Below, piece by piece: positions 53,521-64,000 of a DNA stretch of 64,000 nt. Source of the DNA: Octopus vulgaris (taxonomy: Eukaryota); contig OX597828.1 of the NCBI GenBank assembly GCA_951406725.2, positions 11,594,001 to 11,658,000 of the forward strand, in the 5' to 3' direction. Position numbers and translations under genes: made by a program. The notes beneath the pieces were generated by a model. That model was not told the DNA's origin. It worked only from the letters and a program-made list of their open reading frames with translations, and did no database searches. Positions within the stretch are counted from its first letter, which is position 1. Every line of letters starts with the position of its first letter.

Positions 53521-54589
53521 CTAGGAATAACAAAGAAGAAATTATTAAAAAATATTTTTTTAAAAATTAAGAAAAACAGTTTTTCATGCAAATATTGATT
53601 TCTTACATTGCCACAAGACCACAAATTTTAGAGAATTGTTAGCATGCTGGGCAAAATGCTTAGAGGTATTTCGTTTGTCCTAATGTTCTGAGTTCAAATT
53701 CCACTGAGGTCAATTTTGCCTTTCATCCTTTTTTTTTTCTTTTTTTGTTCCTTCTCGAGCCACGCCTGGCTCATAAGGGCCAGTTTCCCGGTTTCTTGGC
53801 GTATAAGTTCCCCACATGGACAGGATGCCAGTTCATCGCAGGTGAGCTGCAAGATGCAGGAGGAAAGAGTGAGAGAAAGTTGTGGCGAAAGAGTCAGCAG
53901 AAGTTCGCCATTACCTTCTGCCAGAGCCGCATGGCACTTAGGTGTTTTCGCTCATAAACACACACATCACCCAGTCTGAGATTTGAACCCGCGATCCCTC
54001 GACCGCGAGTCCGCTGCTCTAACCACTAGGCCATGTGCCTCCACCTTTCATCCTTTTGGAGTTGATAAAATAAGTACCAGTTGAGTAGTAGGGGTAGATG
54101 TAATTCACTTACCCCTACCCACAGACTTGATGGCCTTTTCCCAAAATTCGAAACCAATATTTTCAGTCGTATTTATTTTATCGACCCCCACCCAATAAGA
54201 ATGAAAAGCAGATTTGACTTGGGTACGATTTACACGATAAATGTAAAGAGATGCCACTAAACACCTCAAAGTCTTTCGTTCAATACCCTATCAATCCTAC
54301 CAATACTTTAATTCCCTTCCCAGCTGCTATTGGTTTTATATTTCAAGAATTATTCAATTGAGTAGGCACGACTTCTAAATCCATGCGGCTTTAATCTTTT
54401 AGTATTCAGATCATTCTGTTGAATGCTATACTTGTTTATTCACATTGTTTTGAATTTATCATCTATTATCTTGTAGCTTCGATATTTCAATGATGCGATT
54501 GTTTATTTTAAGAATGACATTATAGGATAAGTGTGAGAGGCTGGATCTAGCCAGTTTAAGCATCTAATAACCTAATGGTATGTCTTTTC

Positions 54590-54678
54590 TACTCCTCTGA
54601 TGAGATTTTGCCAAGTAAAATGTTTTAATTACTGGAATTTAATTCTTTGGGCAAAATCGAAACAGCTGTAAGAGAATA
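54590..54678 (+). ncRNA. Type I hammerhead ribozyme motif with intact catalytic core
   Basis: CTGATGA (54597-54603), stem II GATTTTGCC/GGCAAAATC, GAAA (54659-54662), palindromic ACAGCTGT, GTA triplet; stem I is weak. Confidence 0.7.
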
Positions 54679-55024
54679 TGTTGAATTTTTGCAGTTAATA
54701 AATTGTATTAATACTGCATCTTCATTTTCTGAATTTTAATTGTGTGTGTGTGTGTGTGTGTGCTCACATGCGTGTCTTTGTGTCTGTATATGTCCCACCA
54801 CATCACAACTTGACAACCTGCGTTGGTGTGTTTACGTTGCTGTAACTTAGCAGTTCAGCAAAATATTAAAAAACCCTGATAGAATAAGTACTAGGCTTAA
54901 CAAATAAGTCCTGCGGTTGAATTGTTCAACTAAAACATCTTCAAGGCAGTGCTCCAGCATGGCCACAGTCAAAGGACTGAAACGAGTAAAAGAAAAAGAA
55001 TAAAAGCATTAGAATTGTACAAAC

Positions 55025-55094
55025 CTTTTCAGGCATATCAAGAAGCAGCTTGATTTGTGAAGCTACACTGTAGAAGTGGTTTTCTGTCTGTTTT
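55025..55094 (-). CDS. COG1: COG1 exon 6 (KQTENHFYSVASQIKLLLDMPEK)
   Basis: ttttag / gtttgt; matches KFYSMAAQIKLLLEIPEK. Confidence 0.95.
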
Positions 55095-55898
55095 CTAAAA
55101 GTGAAAGAGAGAGAGATGTTATCAACATAGAACTTCTAATGAAATGTAATGTTTTACTTAATTTTGAAAAATTAGTCAAAAAGTTTTAGACATTTACTAA
55201 AACAACTGGTGTTTGGAAAAGAATTTACCAGAAAGTTCTAACGTTAAACCTGATTTTCTACCACCAACACTACACCTGATTTTCTCCCCTCCATACACAA
55301 GCAAGCATGTATCTGACTCATACACTGTTCACTTCCCAGACATTTGTACATTACTGCATATGCTTTATACGCAGTTTTGACAAGTTGTGGTGCACATGAG
55401 CACTGTATACAATAATTTCATTATTATTATTATTATTATTATCATTATTATTATTATTTAAAATTTAAACAAAAGGATTTAATTTATGAATGAACACGTT
55501 AAATAGGAGGGTTCTGTATCAGAACCACAGGAGGTGATTTCAAGTGAGTTTGTACACAGGTCATCTGGCAAGTTCATGCAGGATTTCACTATGCCCACCC
55601 TCATATCAAAAGGTTTAAATTCACATTACAAATAATAAAAGACAGGTGACGCAGCTAACTGTCAATAACAGTTAATATTGCAGACAAATCCGAGGTCGAC
55701 TTTGCCTTCCGAGGTCGACTTTGCCTTCTGAGGTCGACTTTGCCTTTCATCCTTTCGGGGACGATAAATTAAGTACCAGTTATGCACTGGGGTCAATGTA
55801 ATCAACTTAATCCGTTCGTTTGTCCCCCTCTGTGTTTAGTCCCTTGTGGGTAGTAAAAAAAAAAAAAATTTGCAGACAAAAACTTAAAAAAAACTTAC

Positions 55899-56005
55899 CT
55901 GCTTTTGTCAGCTAAAGGTCGGTGGATGTAAGAAGTTCCTTTTGCAAGATGATTCTGTTTTAATTGTTTGCAGAGTTCTTCAATTTTCGAGATTGAGTTC
56001 ATTAC
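55899..56005 (-). CDS. COG1: COG1 exon 5 (VMNSISKIEELCKQLKQNHLAKGTSYIHRPLADKS)
   Basis: ttacag / gtaagt; open frame, phases 0 and 2 bridge exons 4 and 6. Confidence 0.88.
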
Positions 56006-57478
56006 CTGTAAAGATAACGGAGTAAAATTCTAAAATACTTTCTGCAAAAATCCATTCATCATTGATTTTACATTGTTTTATCCAAGCTTGCATGTGTTGG
56101 GATGGATTTACTCTAGCACATTTCATTGTTTGAGAGATCCCTTTAATCAACTGCTTTACCAATCCTTAGACTAGCTTCCATGTCTAAGTTGGTTTTTCTG
56201 TTTCATAGGTTTCATTCTTCTTGGACTGCTTCACATATTCTCACCCACTGTCATCTGCCATACTGCAACACAAGTCTGTACCAGATTATTTTTCTCACTT
56301 GCATACTACATCTGATTTTTCTCTCAGCTAATTTGCACCGCATCATTTTGTTGTTGTTGTTCCTACTTGAGCCACGCCTGGCTCATAAGGGCCAGTTTTC
56401 CGGTTTCCTTGGCGTATAGGTTCCCTACCTGGACAGGACGCCGGTCCGTCGCAGGTGAGAAGCAGGAGGAAAGGGTGAGAGAAAGTTGTGGCGAAAGAGT
56501 CAGCAGAAGTTCGCCATTACCTTCTGCCGGAGCCGCGTGGAGCTTAGGTGTTTCGCTCATAAACACACACATAGCCCAGTCTGTGATTCGAACCCGCGAT
56601 CCCTCGACCGCGAGTCCGCTGCTCTAACAACTAGGCCATGTGCCTCCACTACCACATCATTCATTTGTACTAACATTACACAACCAGTGAAGCATGCTCA
56701 GCTCACTTTTTTGCAAGCCTTCCCAAATCCAACATCTTCAATGCCTATGACTTGCAATCAAGCAACATCACAATTTGTACACAACGATCATACAATCTAC
56801 CCTTAACTTACATAGAAAATACTGTACATACACCATGGTCTCCATTCAGTTTCCATCTACCAAATCCGGTCACAAGGCTTTGGTCTAACTGAGGCTATTG
56901 TAGAAGACACTCATCCAAAATTCTGCATGGTGTGACTGAACCCAGAACCATATGGTTGGGAAGCAAGCTTCTGAACCACACAGCCAGCTTATCAATTTTT
57001 TAAAGATTGTAGAGTATGATATGCAGGCAGTATGGCTGCTGTTTATATCAAGTTGAACAATTCTGGCTCAATCAGAACCAATCTGGGATAAAGTAAAAAT
57101 TATATGAAAAGTGCACTAATTGCAAATTCATGATTACATTATCACTCAGCCTAGACATAGCAATCTAACAGTCGCAACTCACAGCAATTGTTAATGCAGA
57201 AACACCAAAAATTAGAGTAGCTGGAACCGACGAAAGGTTTACACAAACCAATGGAGAAAAGGGAGAGAGACTCTATACAGTCACTCACCTCGCTAGAAAT
57301 AGCAGCAAAACTTCCTTCAAATCACAGATTGTAAAATGTGATTCTGAGCGACTGTGGTTTGAACAACTTTAATACACGGTCCTGAGTGACCGTGGTTTGA
57401 ACAGCTTTAATTCTAGCTCTGTGCAACCAGGGTTGATCTGGAGTTATACAATTACAAAAACAACAACAAAATACTTAC

Positions 57479-57545
57479 ATTCTGGGAACTTTTCTTCATG
57501 TCTGTGATGGTATCAGCAGCTTCAATTAAATCTCTGTATCTTTCT
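57479..57545 (-). CDS. COG1: COG1 exon 4 (ERYRDLIEAADTITDMKKSSQN)
   Basis: ttgcag / gtaagt; contains the hallmark GERYRDLIEAADTI. Confidence 0.97.
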
Positions 57546-58308
57546 CTGCAAATAAAAGAGAAAAATCATTCGCTGTTTAACAAAAGTCAGACACATGATG
57601 TCTTACTTTTTCATCATCATCATCATCATCGTTTAACGTCCACTTTCCATGCTAGCATGAGTTGGACGATTTGACTGAGGTCTGGCAAACCAGATGGCTG
57701 CACCAGACTCCAATCTGATCTGGCAGAATTTCTACAGCTGGATGCCCTTCCTAACGCCAACCACTCCGAGAGTGTTGTGGGTGCTTTTACATGCCACCCG
57801 CACAGGAGCCAGTCCAGTGGCATTGGCAACAACCTTGCTCGAATGTTTTTTACAAGTGCCAGTAAGGCAATGCAAGCAACAATCACGCTCGAATGGCGTT
57901 TTTTACGTGCCACTGGCAACGATCACACTCAGATGGTACTCTTAGCGCTCCACTGCCACGGATGCCAGTCATCGAATTTGATTTCAATTTCGATTTCACC
58001 TGCCTCAACAGGTCTTTGCAAGCAGAGTTTAGTGTCCAATATTGTTTGTTAAACAGAATTGTATTTAAATAACAAAAGAAAAAAAAATCACCAGCACTGT
58101 TTATTCTGTTTTCTTGGTCTGGAGAAAGAAATACTATTGTCTGTGGTCTATACAAAGACTCCTAGACTTGTGAGATTGACACCATTAATATTCCTCTTGA
58201 ACCTCTGCAAGTCAACGCTTGCCAGAAAAGATATGAGCCAACATTGAAAAGAAAGGATCAGAGAGAGATTTGTGCAGAGCCTGGTAGAATGGGACATGAG
58301 ATGTTTAA

Positions 58309-58530
58309 CCCTTTCGTTACTGTATTTATTTTGGGATGCTCTGTGTTTCTTTCAATTAATTTAAAATATAACATAGAATTTAGTAAAATAAATTAGTTAT
58401 CATAAAGCTAGTGTTAGGAACATAAATTGTGACTAAGGCTTGGTGGAATATTTTAATTCAAAACTTATGAAAAGAAGACATTTGTACTACAGAGCCAGAG
58501 CCAGTTTTGGCTGGGTTAGTAACAAAAGGG
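58309..58530. mobile_element. piggyBac-like MITE
   Basis: TTAA TSDs and TIR CCCTTTCGTTAC / GTAACAAAAGGG; related sequence at 1-155. Confidence 0.85.
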
Positions 58531-59488
58531 TTAAGAAGATCAAGAATACCTGAGTAGGGGTGACATGAGCCCAGCCCACCTCAGGGAGCAGAGGCCATTA
58601 TACTATTGGTTGGAAAACCAGAGAAAGGAGACAGGTGTTTCTTGCTTGATCCAACACTGAATTGCTCATGGGTACTTTCAGGGTGCAAGATTTTTCAGAG
58701 GACCTTGCTAACATGCAGTATGAAGGTAATCTTAGGATAGTTGTATGCTTTCTTCAATTAATCTCTTAATAATTTCTGCATGTATTTATATATATATATA
58801 ATAATATATGAGCAATCCTAATCTTGTGGGCTCCTAAGTGCTGGTGCCATGTAACAAGCACCTGTACCAATGCAGCATGGAAAACGGATGTTAAACGATG
58901 ATGATGCCCACCTAAGTGACAAGTGAAGTATCACGACAAAACCAACTTAACAGAGAGTGTAGTGGGTGCTTTTACGTACCACGAGCATGAGGGCCAATCA
59001 GGCGGTACTGGCAATGGCCATGCTCAAATGGTGTTTTTTACATGCCACCTGCACAGGAGCCAGTCCAGCAGCACTGGCAATGACCTTGCTCAAAAGTTTT
59101 TTCACGTGCCACTGGAATAAGTGCCAGTAAGGCGACGCTAGTAATGATCATGCTTGAATGGTGCTTTTTATGTGCCACCGGCACAGAAGCCAGTTTGCTG
59201 CTCTGGCAATGACCATGCTCGGATGGGGCTCTTAGCGCTCCACTAGCACGGATGCCCACCAGCACAAGTGCCAGTAAAGCAACTAATGCCAATTAAAATT
59301 CAACAGTTTTGTCTTATTAAATTGTGCTTACACATTCTATAATGTAATCCTGGATACGCTATGCTTGCAAAAAAAAAAAAAATCACAGGATGGTCAAAGA
59401 TAAAATATTTTGGACCATAGATCTGCTCAGTCAGAGCTGACCCAGGACTATGCAACAGTATATATTGAAGAAATAAGGCAATGCTTAC

Positions 59489-59533
59489 CCAACCATTATG
59501 CGCAGTTCTTCCTTCTTACGTTCTATATCCAGT
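59489..59533 (-). CDS. COG1: COG1 exon 3 (LDIERKKEELRIMVG)
   Basis: tttcag / gtaagc; matches the conserved EIEHKKEELRQMVG of the Vps51-like N-terminal region. Confidence 0.95.
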
Positions 59534-60713
59534 CTGAAAGTCAAAGTAAAAAAGAAGGACATTATATATTTGTAAGATCATAGCAGAGAACATTATACAA
59601 TTAAAGGTATAAGACATCAATGGTCATCAATGTATTTCATTTTGTACATTTTGTACTTCTTAGTTTCGTCTGAGCCTCATTTAGATACAAATACAAAGGT
59701 AAACATAAAAGAAAAATGCTTCACTCACCAATACGAACATATTCCCAAAATTTTCTTAAATGGCCCATAAATACATTCCACGCTGCAGTTGCTTTGGTTC
59801 TAGCACACAATCTAAGATCAGGTCACTTGCTATGCAAGTACATCTCTGTAATTTCTCATTATCATTTAAAGAGTTAGAAGAAATCCCACAAATGCCTTGC
59901 AGTATTGCTCTTACATTCTGGGTTCAAGTCCCACTAAGGTGAAATTTGCCTTTCGTTTTTTTTTAAGGTTGATAAAGTAAAGCACCAGACAAGTACAGGG
60001 AAATGGTATAAATTAAACTCCTCCCACTAGAAAAAAAAAAAAAACGCAGGTCCATTCCCAAAATTTGAAAACCATTTTTATTATTATTATCATTGTCATT
60101 ATTTGAAGATAATGAGCTAGTGAATCGTTAGCATACTGGACAAAATGCTTAGCAGTATTTCACCCATCGCTATGTTCTGAGTTGAGTTCGACCTTGTCAT
60201 TCATCCTTTCGGGGATTCAATAAAATAAGTACCAGTTAAACACTGGGATCGATCAGGTACTGAACAAGGATTCATGACTATTTTTCCGATTTTTAACTGA
60301 ATTTTTGAGAGTGGTCATGTTCATTTATAGTATTCTTGTTTGTGAGAGTAGTAGAGTTTATTTCAGATAATCTCATTTTAAAAATCATAACTGGCTTATC
60401 ATTGAGAGGACCTTGGTGTTGCCTTGGTGGAGGCTTGCACTCTCTGAGTGATTTTGTTATTATTATTATTAAGGTGGTGAGATAGCAGAGCTGTTAACAA
60501 TTCAGGAAAATTGCTTATAGTCATTTCATCTATTCTGGTCTCAAATTCTACCAAGATTAATTTTGCTATTCATTCTTTCAGGTTCAATAAAACAAGTACA
60601 AGTCAAGTACTGGGATGAATGAATTACAGACAACAAAGGGTAGCACAAAAATAGACAAGACTATTTCTTTCCTTTTCACCTGATTATTATTATGATGATG
60701 ATGATGATGATGA

Positions 60714-60762
<49 letters not shown>

Positions 60763-61124
60763 GACAGCAAGCTGGCAGAATCATTAGCATGCCAGACAAA
60801 GTGCTTAGTGGTATTATTTTTATCTGCACACGGTTCAAATTCCGCCACAGTAGACTTTGCCTTTCATTCATTTGGGATCAATAAATTAAATACCAGTGAA
60901 ATACTGGGGTTGATGTAATCAAATAAACCTCTCCCAACAAATTTTCAGGCCTTGTACCTTTAGTAGAAAGGATTATTATTATTATTATTATTATTATGCT
61001 GAGGTCGACTTTGCTTTTCATCCTTTCGGGGTCGATAAATTAAGTACCAGTGAAACACTGGGGGTCAATGTAATCGACTTAATCCCCTCTCCCAAGCTGC
61101 CATTGTGGCAACAATTTGAAATCA

Positions 61125-61161
<37 letters not shown>

Positions 61162-61339
61162 GTCTACAGCTTAATTTAACACCCTGTGAAATTTATTGCC
61201 TAGATCAATCTAAGTGGTGTGAAATATGTCATGATACAGTTAAACAATTTGATTTGAAGAAACAGAACAATGAAAGAATTCTATCCTGCAATCAACAGAC
61301 ACATTTGTCCATTTGCAGGCAAAATCAAAATCATCACTG

Positions 61340-62200
61340 TCTTGATTATGACTACATAGCAAACTCCATAACTGGACGAGTGGATGTGTCCTGTGTTAAA
61401 GAGGTGAGATGGAATGGATCCACGATCAAGTTCCTCATAGGCAACAAACAGAAATGCAAATTCTTCAAGATGACTTAAAAGTGATGGTAGAGACAAGGTA
61501 GGCATTCTGTTAGGTTAGAAATGGATACTCTTTTACTTGTTTCAGTTATTTGACTGTGCCATGCTGGAGCACCACCTTTAGTCAAGCAAATCGACCTCAG
61601 GACTTATTCGTTGCAAGCCAAGTACTTATTCTATCAGTCTCTTTTGCCGAACCGCTAAGTGATGGGGATGTAAACACACTAGCATCGGTTGTCACACGAT
61701 TTTGGGGGGACAAACAGACACACAAAGATATACACACACACACATACATACATACATATAAACGACAGGCTTCTTTCAGTTTCCGTCTACCAAATCCACT
61801 CAGAAAGCTTTGGTTGGCCCGAGGCTATAGTAGAAGACACTTACCGAAGGTGACACGCAGTGGGACTGAACCCGGAACCATGTGGTTGGTAAGCAAGCTA
61901 CTTACCACACAGCCACTCCTACTTGAGAAAGTTAGGATATGCAATAGAATAACTAAGCTGAGAGTAATTAGAGAAAACTCAACTGTAATATCTATCTGTG
62001 AATATACCTACAGGTAGAATTGACAGAAGAAATGAAGGAATGGTTCTATAAGAACCCGCTGAAGACTGCTTCAACAATGATTACCATGGATGATGACACC
62101 AACAGACATGTTGGTTAACATGATGGCTTTGTGACATACCTGGAGGCTTTGGATATGGTAGATGAGATGGGGAGGTTATAAGAAATATGAACTGGTAGGA
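61340..62200 (+). mobile_element. Decayed RTE AP-endonuclease fragment interrupted by a SINE (61527-61920)
   Basis: RVDVSCVKEVRW...G.KQKCKFF resembles APE VDVCCxQEVRW; similarity resumes after the SINE. Confidence 0.65.
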
Positions 62201-62256
62201 TCTTCTAAGAGAAACAATGAAAGGATAAAGCAGTAGTCTCAGCTCTAGAAACTTAC

Positions 62257-62341
62257 CGATTCTTCTTCTCTATTTCACGTATTTCTTGAATTGTGTATTT
62301 TTCAAACATCAAATTTGTATCCATTTCATGTAGGGGAAGAT
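62257..62341 (-). CDS. COG1: COG1 exon 2 (DLPLHEMDTNLMFEKYTIQEIREIEKKNR)
   Basis: ttcag acceptor and gtaagt donor; resembles the COG1 N-terminal LFETHGAEEIRGLERQVR segment. Confidence 0.9.
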
Positions 62342-62859
62342 CTGAATATACAATAAGATTAGGTATAATGATAATATGATGATACCATAAAGATAATATG
62401 AGGATATTATACCATCTTTACAATAGCACAATGTAATACGAAGATGAAATGAGCATCATATGATGATGATGATGTGAAGATGAGATGACATGACAATCAC
62501 ATGATCATTACATTATAATGAGATGATAGCGAGTGATGACATAAGGACAAATCAAAGACATACAGATGAGATGATAAAGATGACATGATGATGAGGAAAC
62601 AATCATATAATGATGACATGAAGAGGAGATAAAATGAAGATGATACAGTTGGTACTGGCATTGCTGTACCGAATCATTCAGTCTCGAGTTCAGTCCCACA
62701 GAGCAGCACCTTGAGCAAGTGTCTTCTGTAGCTCTGGGCTGACCAAAGCCTTGTGTGTGGATTTGGTAAAGAGAAACTGAAAGAAGCACATTTTGTGTGT
62801 ATGTGTCCTACCCCCTCCCTCCTCTCTATCTGTGAGGTAGTTGGCATTAGGAGGAGCAT

Positions 62860-63013
62860 TATCTAATATTTATTTAATATTTTAGAGTGACTGACGTATC
62901 ATCAGAAATGATGTAAGACAAAATAACTTAACCAGTGGTATATGTGTGTGTGTGTCTATATATCATCATCATCATCATCATCGTTTAGCATCCGTTTTAC
63001 GATGATGATGATG

Positions 63014-63048
<35 letters not shown>

Positions 63049-63135
63049 CACATATACCACTGGTTAAGTCATTTTGTCTTACATCATTTCTGATGATACG
63101 TCAGTCACTCTAAAATATTAAATAAATATTAGATA
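62860..63135. repeat. Long inverted repeat with an RTE-tail fragment at the apex
   Basis: Arms are near-perfect reverse complements apart from microsatellite lengths. Confidence 0.92.
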
Positions 63136-63154
63136 CAGTATTAATTTACGTCAC

Positions 63155-63179
63155 CTGGCAAAACAGTAACAGCGTTCAT
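63155..63179 (-). CDS. COG1: COG1 putative coding exon 1 (MNAVTVLP, phase 1)
   Basis: ATG...CCAG|gtgacg donor; joins exon 2 in frame (G|AT = Asp) and gives an N-terminus of similar length to vertebrate COG1. The donor is non-optimal and there is little sequence homology. Confidence 0.55.
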
Positions 63180-63599
63180 AATATACTGTACTGTTAATTA
63201 CAGATTGTATCGATTGGTTACGTTCATATTCGTCTCCGAGAAACAAATAAAAAAGCAACAGAAACATGTAATCTGTATAGAATATCAAAATTAATGTTAA
63301 AATACAGTTTGCATCCTTGATCCCAAGCTTCGTCATATTACATTGAAGATGTCAGCGCCGCTTGACTGGCGTCTGTGTCGGTGACACGTAAAAGCACCAA
63401 CCGATCGTGGTTGGTTGCCAGTCTCCTCTGGCCCCTGTGCCGGTGGCACATAAAAAGCACCCACTACACTCACAGAGTGGTTGGCGTTAGGAAGGGCATC
63501 TAACTGTAGAAACACTGCCAGATCAGACTGGAGCCTGGTGCAGCATCCTAGCTTCCCAGACCCTAGCATGGAAAACGGACGTTAAACGATGATGATGAT

Positions 63600-63960
63600 G
63601 AAAAGGCAAGAGGCTTTTTCTCATTTAGATAAATGTCTTGCTTTATTTAGGGATATGGGTCCCAATGCAGAATGTTTTGTAAACATTTTGGGGGATTATC
63701 AAGATACTATTGCAGCTTATTACCTAATCTTTAAAGAGAGAAAGAAAAAGACAATTCAAGGAACTTTAGACAAGTTTGCACAATGATCTACACCATCACA
63801 ACAGGAGTCAGCTGACAATCCCCAACCATCAACATCTAGTATGTAACCTCTTCCTCCTCCTCCTCCTCCTACACCAGCCTCAATGAGTAACACCAATGTC
63901 AGCCATCAGGTGGGCAACAGTACAGTATTTGAAATTATTTGCTGCTAATATAAAAGGAGC
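63600..63960 (+). mobile_element. Tigger/pogo transposase C-terminal remnant
   Basis: EAFSHLDKCLALF.DMGPNAE...YYLIFKERKKKTIQGTLDKF resembles the Tigger1/TIGD1 C-terminus (DPNVER...YDEKKRATTQTSLDRF). Confidence 0.75.
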
Positions 63961-64000
63961 CTAGGCTTGCCTAACAATTTACCACATTCTTAGGCTAACA

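Noticed and set aside
55690-55746. 19-bp triplication
   Set aside because: Simple slippage within a family-B SINE.
63089-63105. CTGATGA as a hammerhead or C/D snoRNA box
   Set aside because: No downstream GAAA with stem II, and no properly placed D box.

Overview
This is AT-rich, microsatellite-dense animal genomic DNA. The repeat complement (tRNA-derived SINEs, RTE LINEs with (GAT)n tails, (TA)n/(AAT)n tracts) looks like an octopus/coleoid cephalopod genome, which is an inference. The window holds the 5' part of one minus-strand host gene, COG1 (conserved oligomeric Golgi complex subunit 1). I reconstructed 14 small GT-AG coding exons by hand from 63179 down to 10969; all phases are compatible, giving 1158 nt / 386 codons, and the gene continues left of the window. 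Almost everything else is intronic and TE-derived: two 5'-truncated RTE LINEs in opposite orientation (one with a 575-aa ORF carrying a PHD-like finger and a YADN catalytic mutation), an internally deleted Helitron, a mariner, CR1 and Tigger/pogo remnants, piggyBac-, Merlin- and hAT-like MITEs, and dozens of SINEs. The most notable signals are: (i) several minimal hammerhead-ribozyme motifs of the Penelope type, often in fold-back elements; (ii) many long near-perfect hairpins, one just inside the putative first intron; (iii) a ~60-bp hairpin-rich tandem array in the RTE 3' UTR; (iv) a three-template serial copy that skips a COG1 exon; (v) an interstitial telomere tract at a SINE breakpoint. 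I cannot show that any of these is a previously undescribed system. Most ORF-track ORFs are microsatellite or SINE artefacts.
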